Virus record (IMG/VR): IMGVR_UViG_3300017971_000027 | Coordinates: 19,797 to 83,796 of that record | Source of the DNA: a virus | Length of the DNA stretch: 64,000 nucleotides | Reading direction: 5' to 3' (one strand) | Shown: positions 11,577 through 23,080 of the stretch, in pieces | Numbering within the stretch: position 1 is the first letter of the stretch | How the letters are laid out: each line of letters opens with the position of its first letter | Notes under the pieces: model-generated | Seen by the model: only the letters and a program-made list of their open reading frames with translations | What the model was told of the DNA's origin: nothing | Databases searched by the model: none | Made by a program: the position numbers and the translations under genes

Positions 11577-12365
11577 TTAGACGGATCGTGCTATACTCTC
11601 CCGGGCTCTATTGGATCGGCTCCCATGGACCGGAATTACCATACCCCGTAGCGCGCCTATAGTCCGGAGCCGGGGGGATTCCAAATCCGGGATCGATCCC
11701 ATGAACGGTTTCACAACTCCCCTGCACAACTGACAATCTGCACACTCTCTCCCGGAGAGAGCCGGACACACAGTCTCCCATGGGAGCAAATCTGATTTTA
11801 TCAATTCCAAATCAGACCGGGGATCCGTTCGGAAGGTATTCCATCCCATGGAATGAGCCCGGGCGCATTCGTCCAAATTGTCAACACTAGCACATACCAG
11901 ATACCGGAGCCGGGGATCGGCGCTCTCCCATGAATGAGTGTACCCCGTCCACCCGATCTTTGGTCTTGCTCTATACCGGAGCAAATCCATCAAGACATTG
12001 ATCGGGAGAGCGGCGGGATCCCCATATGAGCCGATCCGGATCGGTTTGTTATTTGGAATGAGCCGGGGATCCGTGAAATCATATGAGCCCCGTTTATAAG
12101 CTCTATAAACGGATCCGGGCGCTTGGTGGGGGAGCACATAACATCCGGATCCGGATCGGAATTTACACTCCCCACACACACTCCGATCCGCTCCGGTCTT
12201 GACGGCTTGGCATGGACTCATGTCAGACCGTATGATCCAACTCTGCACCATATCCCCGGTCTTGATATTTTGGGATTTGCTCTCTAATCCGGAGAGCACA
12301 CACAGGATCTTGTTTCCATCTATTTGGGATTTGCCATTGTAAACTATCGTGCTATTCGCATTCAT
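11577..12365 (-). CDS. Cys-rich phage protein, possibly Fe-S/radical-SAM-like
   Basis: NIKTGDMVQSWII, CGECKFRSGSGCYV, IRIGSYGDPAA, WTGYTH, ASVD, C-terminal CP...CADCQLC; ATG at 12365 overlaps the upstream stop. Confidence 0.7.
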   Translation of the reverse strand: MNANSTIVYNGKSQIDGNKILCVLSGLESKSQNIKTGDMVQSWIIRSDMSPCQAVKTGADRSVCGECKFRSGSGCYVLPHQAPGSVYRAYKRGSYDFTDPRLIPNNKPIRIGSYGDPAALPINVLMDLLRYRARPKIGWTGYTHSWESADPRLRYLVCASVDNLDECARAHSMGWNTFRTDPRSDLELIKSDLLPWETVCPALSGRECADCQLCRGVVKPFMGSIPDLESPRLRTIGALRGMVIPVHGSRSNRARESIARSV

Positions 12366-12571
12366 GATTTTATCCCCTTTACGTAATCCATCCCGTATAC
12401 GGCGGGACGATGCCAATCCACCCGACACAACTCATCGATCGCCAAATCCAACTCATCAAGGGACCGTACCGCTCGAAACATCCGGACGATCCGATCCCGG
12501 TCTGATACGCTCCGGACCCGCTCCCGGGCAAATCCGATCCATCTCATAGATTCCGCAAATACTGATATCAT
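12362..12571 (-). CDS. Hypothetical protein in the GATC/CCGG-rich island
   Basis: ATGA overlaps with both neighbouring genes. Confidence 0.6.
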   Translation of the reverse strand: MISVFAESMRWIGFARERVRSVSDRDRIVRMFRAVRSLDELDLAIDELCRVDWHRPAVYGMDYVKGIKS

Positions 12572-12750
12572 GATACGGCCCCCTCATCAACTCCGATCCC
12601 GTAGTTGTCCAACAACTCATCGATCCACCCCATGAGCGCGACATATCCCGGATCGACGCTATCCCGGAGCCCTATAGACGGATCGTCCGGAGCGGATCCC
12701 TCATCTATCAACTCATCCCATCTCTCTATCAACTCATAGACTGTCAACAT
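12568..12750 (-). CDS. Small acidic hypothetical protein (MLTVYELIERWDELIDEG...)
   Basis: GGAG RBS; first gene after the promoter at 12815-12843. Confidence 0.6.
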   Translation of the reverse strand: MLTVYELIERWDELIDEGSAPDDPSIGLRDSVDPGYVALMGWIDELLDNYGIGVDEGAVS

Positions 12751-12814
12751 GGTCTCAACTCCCGGGGCTCTGCCCCTTGACGGCTCCCACCATGGGAGCC
12801 CCATTAACACCGTG

Positions 12815-12843
12815 ATCTTATCATATCCCCGGGCCCCTGTCAA
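12815..12843 (-). promoter_or_regulatory. sigma70 promoter for the island operon
   Basis: TTGACA-17 nt-TAAGAT with TG extension. Confidence 0.7.
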
Positions 12844-13198
12844 GAACAAAAATAAGTAATAAATCCGGAGCCCGATCCGGAGCCCGGGATCCCGGGGCAA
12901 ATCAGGGGCAAATCCGGGGCAAATTATGAGCCGGGGATCGGGGCTCCGGGAGAGCCGATCTGGGAGCCGGGATCCGGGAGCGGGATCGGGCTCATAATAA
13001 GACCACGCGCCTACACGTACAATTCCCATGCCATGTAGCAAAAAGTAAACATGTCTCATTAAGCGTTTAAATTCTAAACGAGACAGTCCGATTACAATTC
13101 TGTAATTTTAAACATCCGATCTGGCATGAATCTTGCGTGGGGGATATCACGCACTGAACATATGTTCAGTACCCCCTCTATATATGGGCAGATATCGC

Positions 13199-13248
<50 letters not shown>

Positions 13249-14195
13249 GCAAAATGAAACACTGGGTGAAATCACGCAGGCAAGAATCGTGCCAGACTGG
13301 CCAGAAATCGCGCAACGTCCGATAATGTACGTTATGTAACGTTATCTGGACACAAAGTGGGGTATATCACCCGATTTTGGGGCATTTCACCCAGCAAAAT
13401 CAACGCAAACGTTTGCGTGGCCTGAATTACAATTTCGAAAGTAAACGTTTGCGCCCCAACAGCCCGGCTTTGTGATGCAAAGTGCGAATAATGAGGTCGG
13501 CTCGGGTGTGTGTACATCCAGCGTACATGTGTGTGTGCGTGTGTGTCCGCGTGTGTGTCAGAAATCCTACCAAAATGTATGAATTACGAAATTGTAATCG
13601 GGAAAACTGGCCGAAAATTTGCAAAAACCCCTTATTTTCGCACTTTTTGTCAACAGAAAAATTTGCACGGAGCGCATATTCCCACCTTCCAGACCGTCTG
13701 TACATTCGATGTACATACCCTGTACACTGAGTGTACGTCATTATTGTATACGACTGTATACATTTTGTATACACTTTGCCGTAACCTGTTGATTAGCAAC
13801 AGTTAGCAGATATGTGGCAGATATAGGAACCATTGCTTTTTGAAACGACTGCTCAGATGTTTGTCTGAATCGTTCCGATCTTTTCCCTGTTCCGGTAGCT
13901 TGGATTGTGGTTACCATTTCCCGTCAGGCTTTCGAGAATCGTTTCTAACGGACGGGATTACTCTGGACGACTCTCGGGTAGGGTACCACCTTGGTCGGGC
14001 CTTAGAAGCGAAATTTGGAGGCCTCTGGTTGGTTCTGGTTGACCTTGGACTGTTGGTGATGCTGATGCTGGCTCGAAAGGCGGTAAAATTGGCGTGTAAC
14101 GGGCGAAGTGATCGTGGGGCAGGTCTTGGTATACCTTGGATATAAAAAAGGCCCCCTGAACGTTGTACTGTCCAGAGGGCCGAGCCTGATGCCGG

Positions 14196-14594
14196 TTACA
14201 GGGACTGTTGCCTTTTGATGCTGCCCATCCACCGGTTGGCGAATGTTGCGAGGTCTTTCTGAAGTTTCGGGCGGACGAGCGTTTTGCCGTTGTCGAACTG
14301 GACTGCGACTTGATACATACCGAGGCTGTCCTGCCGGTACGTCATCGGGTAGACTTCGCCGTTGAGGTCTGCCAGCAGGAACGTCATATCAGGGTCGCTC
14401 ATGAGGTCGCCGTTCTGTTCGAAGTAGTGGGTGACGCTGTAGACTTTGCCGAGGGGCGTTTGGGTCAGCAGGTGGACTGAGACCGGCATGTAGGTACCGT
14501 TGCTGTTGTCGACCTTCCGGCCTTCGCCGTACTCGGTGATACCTGCGATTAGTTTCTGGAAAGTCTTGGTTGCGGTCTTGCTCAAGCTTTTCAT
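14196..14594 (-). CDS. DUF6908-like protein
   Basis: SVTHYFEQNGDLMSDPDMTF...PMTYRQD...Q..LA.FA..W. Confidence 0.65.
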   Translation of the reverse strand: MKSLSKTATKTFQKLIAGITEYGEGRKVDNSNGTYMPVSVHLLTQTPLGKVYSVTHYFEQNGDLMSDPDMTFLLADLNGEVYPMTYRQDSLGMYQVAVQFDNGKTLVRPKLQKDLATFANRWMGSIKRQQSL

Positions 14595-17500
14595 TCTGTC
14601 TTCTCCTTGGCCGTTGTTGCGTTTGCCTGTTGATGGTAATATAGCATACTTGGCTATGATTTGTCAACCCCCTTGTCGAAGGCAAAAGAATGGCCCCCGA
14701 GTCGATGTTGAACCCGAGGGCCGAGGTTGTTCTTGATCGGCCTCGATCTGCACGTCCTCAACAGTCCATGAAAGATCGGCGTAGGTCTGCTCTTCCTGCT
14801 CGAGTTCGAGCATCTCTTTCCAGAGGTCGTTGCGGACTGCTCGGAGAGTGTTATCTTTTGTGGTGGGATCGACTTCGTTGTCGATAACCGTGTCGAGGGT
14901 TTCTGCCAGCTTGCCAATTCTTTCTGCGAGTGTCGTTGCGTCCATGATCGTGCCTCCTTAACTGCGGGTTTCGGTTACTGACTCTGACATACTATACCAC
15001 AAGTCACTACCAAAAGCCAAGAACTTTTTCGATTGAATGCCACGGCTATCCCTCGGGCTGGTCGAGTTTTGGTAGTTCGTCGATGAGCCTGTCCACCAGC
15101 TTGTCGGACGGCATGACTTCGTCAACCTGAATTTCTTGCCGGTTAGCCTTCAGGTTGCTTTCAGTCCTGTGAATTTCCCATACCGTCATGATGTTATACA
15201 TGAACTCGCAGAGCTGGTCATCTGCCATAACGGTATCTGGACTAAGGTCGTCAATGCTGATGCCATTTTCGAAAACAACCATAATGTCGGCGTCTGCATA
15301 GACCACCGCCTCGAGTATCCGGTTGTTTATTTGCTGCTTGAACGACCAGACCTGCAAAACGAGGTCGGCTACGGGAATGTTGTAATTGGTACGTTCGATT
15401 TTAGCTTCCATTGTGATTCTCCTTCGTTCGTTAGCAACTTCCTGCACAATCATACTTCAGGCCTTCGGATGAACTCGCGATTTTGCTGATTAAACTGAAC
15501 AGCCTCTCGACACGCTCATAATCGCCGTCACGAGCGTTGTCGTCATCGATACGAGCCTGAATAGCGGTAGCCGTATTCCACATCCTGTCGACAATCGTAC
15601 TGAGCTGGCTGAGTTGCTCTTGAGCATCATCCGCAGCTTTCCATAATTGGCTAATACGTTCACTTTGCGTTGCCATGATCTTACCCTCCATTAGCAGATG
15701 GCCTCGTCTCGGGTCTCTGCCCGTTTCCGATGCAGTGCATACTGCCAGACCGAATCCCAGTGCCTTTCGTTGTCCCTGAGTGCCATGTAGATTGCATCGC
15801 CCAGCTCGATGGTCTCGTTTTCCAGCATGTCGTTTATCACGTTCGTGTAGTGGGACGACTTGACAGATGCCTCTTCCATGAGCTGGTCCGGTGTCATGTG
15901 GCCCGTCTCGATGACCATGTCGAGCAGGTCGATTTCATGTTGGGTTAGTACCATCGTTCTTGTCTCCTATAGCACGTTCGAGAAACCAACTGCGACTACT
16001 TTGTACTTGCAGATGACGGTGTCTGATTTGCCCCACTTGTTCCTGACGATGTTCTTGGCGTACCTGTCGGCCTTAGCTTCGGACAGGAACGTCTTGGTAA
16101 CTTCACCATCTCTCACATCCACGTATTCGATTTCCCATCTGACTCCTAGCTCGGCCATTACTTAGCCCTCCACTTCGGTATATGCGTTCTTGCGTTTGCC
16201 AGAGTATGCGTTCATGTCCATTTCGAGGTGGTCAGCCTTACACCATACGCCGGTCGCCCGTTCGAGGTTATACACATAAGGGCGTACCATAATGCCGACC
16301 AAAAAGTGGGCCTTCATCTTGCCATCTTTCCCCTCAAAAACATCACGGGCCAGAACGATAGCGCGTCTGCCACCAAACAGCCCGTCGAGGTCTTCCTTGA
16401 TTACTACCTGTTCTCCGATGTCGTACATTGTATAGTATCCTATGTTGCCTCGCTGTTAATCCGTTCGATGTTGACCTTGACTATCTCTGGCATGTCGTAT
16501 CTCATGAACCAATGCCCCCGAGCACATGCCCGAGGGCGACCAATGCCACCCTAGCTTATGCGGGTAGCATCGACCTGAGTGTCGCCCAACTCGATCAGAA
16601 CGCTCTGACCGAGGGCTACGTCTTTGGGATTGCAGACGTAGCGGAACGCTTTAGGCAGCCGATCAATATCGACCACCTGCGGGTCGGCGACCAGTTCGCC
16701 ACCGACGAAGTAGGAAATGAGGAAAGTCTTTTTCATAATGTCCTCCTTGCTTTCGGTCGGGAGCCAATCTCCCAACCACCTAACGATACATACTATACCA
16801 CATCTCGGGCTGAAAGTCAAGGAAAAAATGACAGCCATTTCGACCAATGTTTATAGGGGTTTTGTGAGGTGACGTCCATTTCGGCCTAATATAGCTGGCT
16901 AAAATAGATCGCCACCTCGAAAAACCTGTTTCAACCTGTCCTGTCGGCCCTGTCGGAGCGGTTCTTTGTGGCAGGGGTTGGGGCGACTGCGTCGCATGGC
17001 CTCATGCCGGCTTAGTCGTCGCCACGTCCCCTGTCACGCACTTCGATCATCAGGTCTCGGCAAACTATCCTCGGGTTGCAATATTGCCAGTCAGGCCGGT
17101 TGTCCAGAGCATCGAGAAGTTTGAAATAGACTTCCCGTGCCTCGTCGAGTGTCATATAGTATTTGGTTGCAAAGGGAGAATAGATACCGCCATTAGGCCC
17201 CAGTATCTTATAGTCAAACTCGAGACTGCATACATCTGGACTCCTTTCGGTACAACCACGCCAGACATTAGCGTAATTCCCTATACCGTCAGTCATGACT
17301 AACCACTCCTTGGCTTCAGCCGGTGCAGCGATGGCGTAGTAACCGACATCTAACAGGTAACGAGCCTTCTCTGTAGCTTCCTCTTTAGTGACCAGAACAG
17401 GCTTATCACAAAAGGTTCCTGAGTCTGGTTTACTATATATAAGACTTCGTTTATGTGGCATTACGACAACCCATTTCTTCGCACTATCGGCCCACTCGAA

Positions 17501-17763
17501 TATCGTCTTGCCGGTGATGTTGAAGACCAGATTGGCGACAGTTCCCCGTGCGTCCATAAGGTCTCTTTGCGATTCGCCGAACATGCCATATGCGCTCCGA
17601 TCTATGTCATTATAGACCTTGGCAAGATCGTGTAGGTCGAAAATTTTACACCCGACGATGATAAATGTTTCGTACAGCTCGATGGAATACTTGAGCCTGT
17701 CGCTCGAGTTGACTCGTGCAAGTAATCTCTGCATTGCTTTGCTCCTTATCACTTTCGTTCCTG

Positions 17764-19191
17764 TTACCTTACCCTCGTTACCCTGTTGACCTTCGTGGTC
17801 TCTTCACCGTTATACATGTCATGCGCCTTGATGGTCAGCTTGACTCGGATAAATTCTTCTCGAGCATCGCCATCTTCGTCTGTCCATGCCGGTGCGTTGC
17901 TGGCGAACCACGTCAGCTTCTGGCCCTCTGGCGTTACCATCTTAACGAGCGTGGGGTCGCCCCATTCGCTGAAAGACCTCACAGTCGCCGTGTAAACGAC
18001 TTTTACGTCGACCTCGACCCTCTTACCCACCTCTCCGAAGAACGTGGACGCTGGGGCCGGTGAGGCGAGTTCTGAGGCTTTTCTGTCTGCACGTTTGACC
18101 GCCATAGGCACCGAGGCGATAATCCCGAGCGTCCGGTCGGTCACCATACCGGCATCGGCGCAGGTGCGGACGTTGTGCAGGTAATCGTTCGACGCATCTT
18201 TCGATATATCCGAAACCCACGCCTTGACCTTCTCGACACGCCCGTTCAATCTCGTGCGAGTTGCCTCGTCCAGAGCGTTGAATTCTTTGCCGAAGTCGAG
18301 CCACCGTTTGCCGTTCGTGACAATATCCCACGCCTCGTACTTTGTAGCCTCGATGTTCTGGAAGGCGTCACTGGCTTTGTGGTAACCTTTAGTCTCGACG
18401 AGTATGGTCGCAACCATCAGGAACCGGTCGAAGTCAACGGCGTCGATGTTGCACCCGCTGAAGTTGTAGTCCTCGAATTCAGTGAAATATCTTTCCAGAC
18501 GGAGCAGTCTGCTCGCCGAGAATACCAGCGTTTCAGGAGAATGTCCGAGGAAATCTTTAAGGCAGGTCTTGCCGACTTGCTTGTACTCGCCGGTCTGCTC
18601 GTTGAAAAGCACATAAGTGTTCGAGCGTCGACGATTATGGCCGCAGTGTTCGCAGGTGTTGTCGGCTGTCCGGTATTCGATGGGGCATTCCCTGTTGGGA
18701 ACCGTGTTAACTATGTTGCCAGCACCGCCGCCGGAAACATGGTCGATACGTGCGACGATTTCCCAACCCGCCACGACGATTGGCTCGGGGGTCGTGATGG
18801 TTACTTCACGGCATGCTATGTAGACGACTGGTATCTGATAGAACCCGCAGTCGGCTACTCTGGCCAGTTCGTCGACAACATAATCGCCAGAGGTCTGGTA
18901 GTATTCTACTTTGGTGATTTCGTCCGATACCGTGACCTGAATTTCTGGCAGTCCAAGTCGACGTGCTTTGCGGTTCAGGGTCTCGATACGATTGGCGAGG
19001 TAGGCCATACGCTCGACCGGCACCATGATAGTACGGGGCTGGTTCTGTTCATCTTCGTGGCAGTACGTGCAGATGACATCGCCGTTCTCGCCGTATTCAT
19101 AATCGAGATCGGAAATGTCTTCGTGGCACTTGCTGCATTCTACTTTTGGTTCGGCGTGGTTGCCGTTTAGGTACTGCGTGAAGTCCGTCAT
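17764..19191 (-). CDS. Conserved phage hypothetical protein with zinc fingers and an OB-fold-like C-terminus
   Basis: CEHCGHNRRRSNTYVL...QVGKTCLKDF; C-terminal G.VG.R...T...V.RV; own promoter at 19233-19262. Confidence 0.7.
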   Translation of the reverse strand: MTDFTQYLNGNHAEPKVECSKCHEDISDLDYEYGENGDVICTYCHEDEQNQPRTIMVPVERMAYLANRIETLNRKARRLGLPEIQVTVSDEITKVEYYQTSGDYVVDELARVADCGFYQIPVVYIACREVTITTPEPIVVAGWEIVARIDHVSGGGAGNIVNTVPNRECPIEYRTADNTCEHCGHNRRRSNTYVLFNEQTGEYKQVGKTCLKDFLGHSPETLVFSASRLLRLERYFTEFEDYNFSGCNIDAVDFDRFLMVATILVETKGYHKASDAFQNIEATKYEAWDIVTNGKRWLDFGKEFNALDEATRTRLNGRVEKVKAWVSDISKDASNDYLHNVRTCADAGMVTDRTLGIIASVPMAVKRADRKASELASPAPASTFFGEVGKRVEVDVKVVYTATVRSFSEWGDPTLVKMVTPEGQKLTWFASNAPAWTDEDGDAREEFIRVKLTIKAHDMYNGEETTKVNRVTRVR

Positions 19192-21363
19192 GGTCTGTCT
19201 CCGTGTTGCCTCTTCTCAACCTGTCTGTACTTAGTATACCACAAATCCACCCAGTTTGTCAAGAGGTTTGTTAATACGTTTGACGGGCATCTCAAGGCCG
19301 ACTCAAGAAGCCCCGAAATGCCCGTCGGGTTGTGGAGGTATATCATGTTAGCTTGGCGGAATATCGAGCTGATGCACTCCGTTCTGGTAACCGTCCGTAA
19401 TGACCAGTTTGCCGGTCGAGCAGTTGTACACGAGCAGACCAGCGTCACCGTCTGGGCCGTTGCCGTATGGCAGGACACCAAGTCCACGGTTACCATCGAT
19501 CTGTTCATGACAGTGACCGATCAGTCGGGCCATGCTGTAGTCCTCATCGCCTTCGCGCATCCGAGGAATTGCACCTCTGACCAACTCTATTGACCGACTC
19601 CCTGCGCCGTGCAGGTACATCTCGCACGGGGCATGTCCATACTTGCTCTCGACTCTCACTACCGCTCTGTCGCCCATTGCATGTCTCCTTATGGTTTGCC
19701 GTACATCCTATATGCACGGAAGTTTCCAGTAACCTTTGCCAGCACCGCCCAGCACATCCATACATTTTATAGCTGCATCTCTGGCGTACTCGTTCCGACC
19801 GTCAATGTTTGTGTTGGTCGCCATAGTGTCGAGCCAACATAGGCACAGTTGCGTGAACGCCTGTTGCAATGTCCGGTGCTTACCCTTCATTGCGAATGCG
19901 AAATCATCCATGTCAGGTCTGCTCGACAGATTCACGAAGTCTGCCATAACATTCGCAACATCTTTCGGGTCGCTCAGGTCGACCGATACGTTCTCATACC
20001 ATTTCTTGTCAGCCATTGTCAATTCTCCTTTCTTCAACAGACAGTTCATCTATGAACCGTTTCTGCCAGTGCGCAGATGCTTTGTTTGCCAGAAGCATAA
20101 ACTCGTCATGTGGCAACATACCCTCATCCGATAGCGTCTCTAGGATGAAACGTACCTTTGCCCTGTATGCGTTCTTGGCTGCACGTTCGACCTGTTCTCC
20201 TGTCAGCGTTTCTATCATCACACACCTTCCTTCCTACCGGCGAACAACGCCAGTTCTTCTGCTCCGACCTCGAACCGTTTGCCGGTCAGAGTGTCACGAA
20301 ATACGACTGCCTTGACCTGCCGACCGAGCTTCACGTACCCGATACGCTCGAGGTACATGTACTCGGAAAGGATTCTGTCAACCGCTCGGGCTGCTTCAAA
20401 GATGTTCAACATAGTCTGTCTCCTTATGCTTCTTTGTAACCTGTTGCCAATGGCCCACGACGACCGCACATGATGCAGTAGCCGTCTGGGTCAGTATAAG
20501 CGTCACAGTTCTTGTGCAGGTACCCTCGGATGGCCCTGTCGAAACTGAACTGGACGTATTCCCATCTGTCGGTACCGGAACCTGTGACCACGTCCGGTTC
20601 CCCGTCGACCGGTTCCAACATGCATTCAGGAACGGCCAGAAGATCCATACCGTACGAGTCGTGTCGGACAGCGATTGACCGTTCGACTGGGTACACCGGC
20701 AGACCGTTCTCTTCGGCCATGTGGAAGTGTACCATCCACTTCTCGAAATGTATGCCACCTTTGTACGGGATGGCACCCAACCGTTCAACCAGAACTGCTT
20801 TGCCTTCGTGCTGAAGTTGCATCGGAATGTCTTTATATATGCTGACCGTCTGTCCTGTTTCGAGCACTGCCATTGTCTTGGCCTCCTTGTTGTTTCCGTT
20901 ATTCCCAACCTGTCTGGCACCTAATATATCACAAACAGGTACCACTTGTCAAGGACTTTTTTCGCGCTTGTTTCAAGCAGGTTTTACAGTATGAACCAAA
21001 CACTGCCTGATGCACGTCAAGTTCCAATGGATTACACGGTACGCTCACCCAGACATGAGCGTTATACCTCTGGACGTACCCGCCACGCTCATACTTCTTA
21101 TTCTTCTCACAACCACACAGTGTAACTGTCTTGCCTGCTTCGTTCCGATAACATATGTGAGTCTTCGTGGACTCTTCGCCAATCCAGCATATGCGATATT
21201 CTGTAGCCATTGTCATTCTCCTTCTGTTGATTGCCTCACTGTGATCCTAGTATACCACATCCAGACGGAAAAGTCAAGAACTTTTTTCACTTTCATTCTA
21301 CTGGCCATTTTCAACCGTGGTTGAAAGCGTTGAAACCTAGGTTGAAACTTGCTTGTCCAGCAC

Positions 21364-21461
21364 CTATCTTATATACTATCTTATATACTATCTAATATAC
21401 TATAGTTATGTGCCAGCTAGGTGGGCCACCTGTCACACTGTCACACTGTCACACTGTCACA
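21364..21461. repeat. Tandem repeats: 3x CTATCTWATATA and 4x CTGTCACA (candidate origin)
   Basis: 21364-21399 and 21430-21461, inside a ~600-bp AT-richer gap between divergent gene blocks. Confidence 0.8.
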
Positions 21462-22256
21462 TAACTCTGAACCACCCTTAAGACTATGGCGTTGCACGAC
21501 TTACAGACGAAATTCAAAATGGTTAATTATTTACATGCAGATTTTTCATTATTCGCATTAGCTGTCAGACTTGCCTTTATCCATTGGACTTACGACTTCT
21601 GTGCCATATAGCCTAGGTCGTGGTAGGCCACCTTGTGAATAGTGAGACCAAGCTGGACTTTGTCAACTCCATACCTTAGCACCTATAGCATTATCAGCAT
21701 TATTAGTCAACCGACTTCGAAAATTTAAATAAATCCTAGCAAACTCGAACATTTCTGTTGGAACGTGCTGGGCTGGCTGGGTTTCTGACTGGCCAAAAAG
21801 CGAAGTAATAATAATGCTAACGGCCCGTTTGGCCCGTTTCTGACACCTTGGCACGGGTCTTGCTTATACATATGCATCTGATTTGAAAGGAGGTGATTCG
21901 ATGAAGCTGAAAGCAAAACTGGACAGGGAAGTTGGCAACCTCGGAGACGTTCAATATTACGTCCTGAAAGTCGAGACTGACAAAGGCGTAGAGTTCACCT
22001 TCCGTCTGTCTTGCAACGATTACAGGCCGATTGCCGAACTGGAAAACGGTTCTCTTGCACGTCTGTCACACTATGAGGCCCGTGACGCTATGGATTTGAT
22101 GGCACGTCTCATCAATAAAGAGATAGCGTGATCGGCATTTCTCGGCAAAACTGGGGTAGAATTTGAGGTCGGTCTACACGCCGATCTCATTTTACCCCTA
22201 TAAACATTGGCTAAAAAAGTTCTTGACTTTTGTCTCGAATTAGTGTATAGTATGTA

Positions 22257-23080
22257 TGCAAGGTTGGGACAGTAAGTACAGCCAAGCAGAACGGCAGTCT
22301 GGAGATTGAGGCTCCGATAAATGCGAACGGCAGGACTGCCAAGCTCATTGACAGTTGAATAAATACGAAACATGCGACAAGATTCAGATGCCATACCACT
22401 GAGTGGATTCGAGCTGAGATAGGCAATGTTTCGTTGCGCCGGTGCTGGTGTAGCCCCGTGGAGAACCATTTGGGAGATAAGCCGACATGAACGTGTCGCA
22501 AAGGCACCAGCACCGGCAGGTCGGCGCACACATAGTAAGTCGCCAGAGTAAAGCGAAAGGAGCGGGTTGATCGCCGTGTACTGGGACTGGGTGCTGGCGC
22601 AGGCGCGATGCGAAAGTCCGCGAGTAGGTCGCATATGTGTGTGTCGACCATATAAAGTTTTCGAGTGGCCGCACGAGCTGGCAGTTTCACCCCAATCTGG
22701 AAGGTCTGCGAAACAGGCCATATAGGGGAGTATCGGGAATTGATCAGTCCGACTGAGACGCTGACGAAACTAATCGGGAATTAACTCGTAGATGGCGTAT
22801 GGCGCGAGGGGTTGAGTCCTCGGGCTGTCAGTACTCGTCGAGCCACTTTTAAGCACTGGATGTCGACGTTGGTTCGAATCCAACCGTAGCGGCCGCTGGC
22901 ATAACATTAAGCCCTGTCCTACTGAAAAGGTAGTAAGGCTGTCAGCATATGAGATCACTCGGCGTAGCTCAGAGGTCAGAGCGGTTCAGTGCTTATAGAA
23001 TTTGGCTGGACGTTACCGTCTGTTGCCGAGACCCCGCTGGTAACGGCGGGAGCGGTGAAATTCCGTGGTAACGTCCGAAC
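22257..23080 (+). ncRNA. Candidate large structured ncRNA or ncRNA cluster (~800 nt)
   Basis: Follows promoter TTGACT-17-TATAGT (22223-22251); no credible + strand ORF; long helices 22438-22450/22505-22517 and 22519-22534/22634-22649; T-arm GTTGG-TTCGAAT-CCAAC near 22868-22884. Confidence 0.65.

Noticed and set aside
18175-19170. Long antisense ORFs (also 27197-28180 and 63180-63818)
   Set aside because: Shadow frames opposite well-supported genes
22742-22776. Hammerhead ribozyme-like words (GTC...CTGAGA...CGAAAC)
   Set aside because: No CUGANGA core with proper stems I and II
22390-22897. tmRNA (TGGATTCGA near the start, GAC plus T-arm near the end)
   Set aside because: No alanine acceptor stem with G3:U70, no CCA end and no tag ORF found
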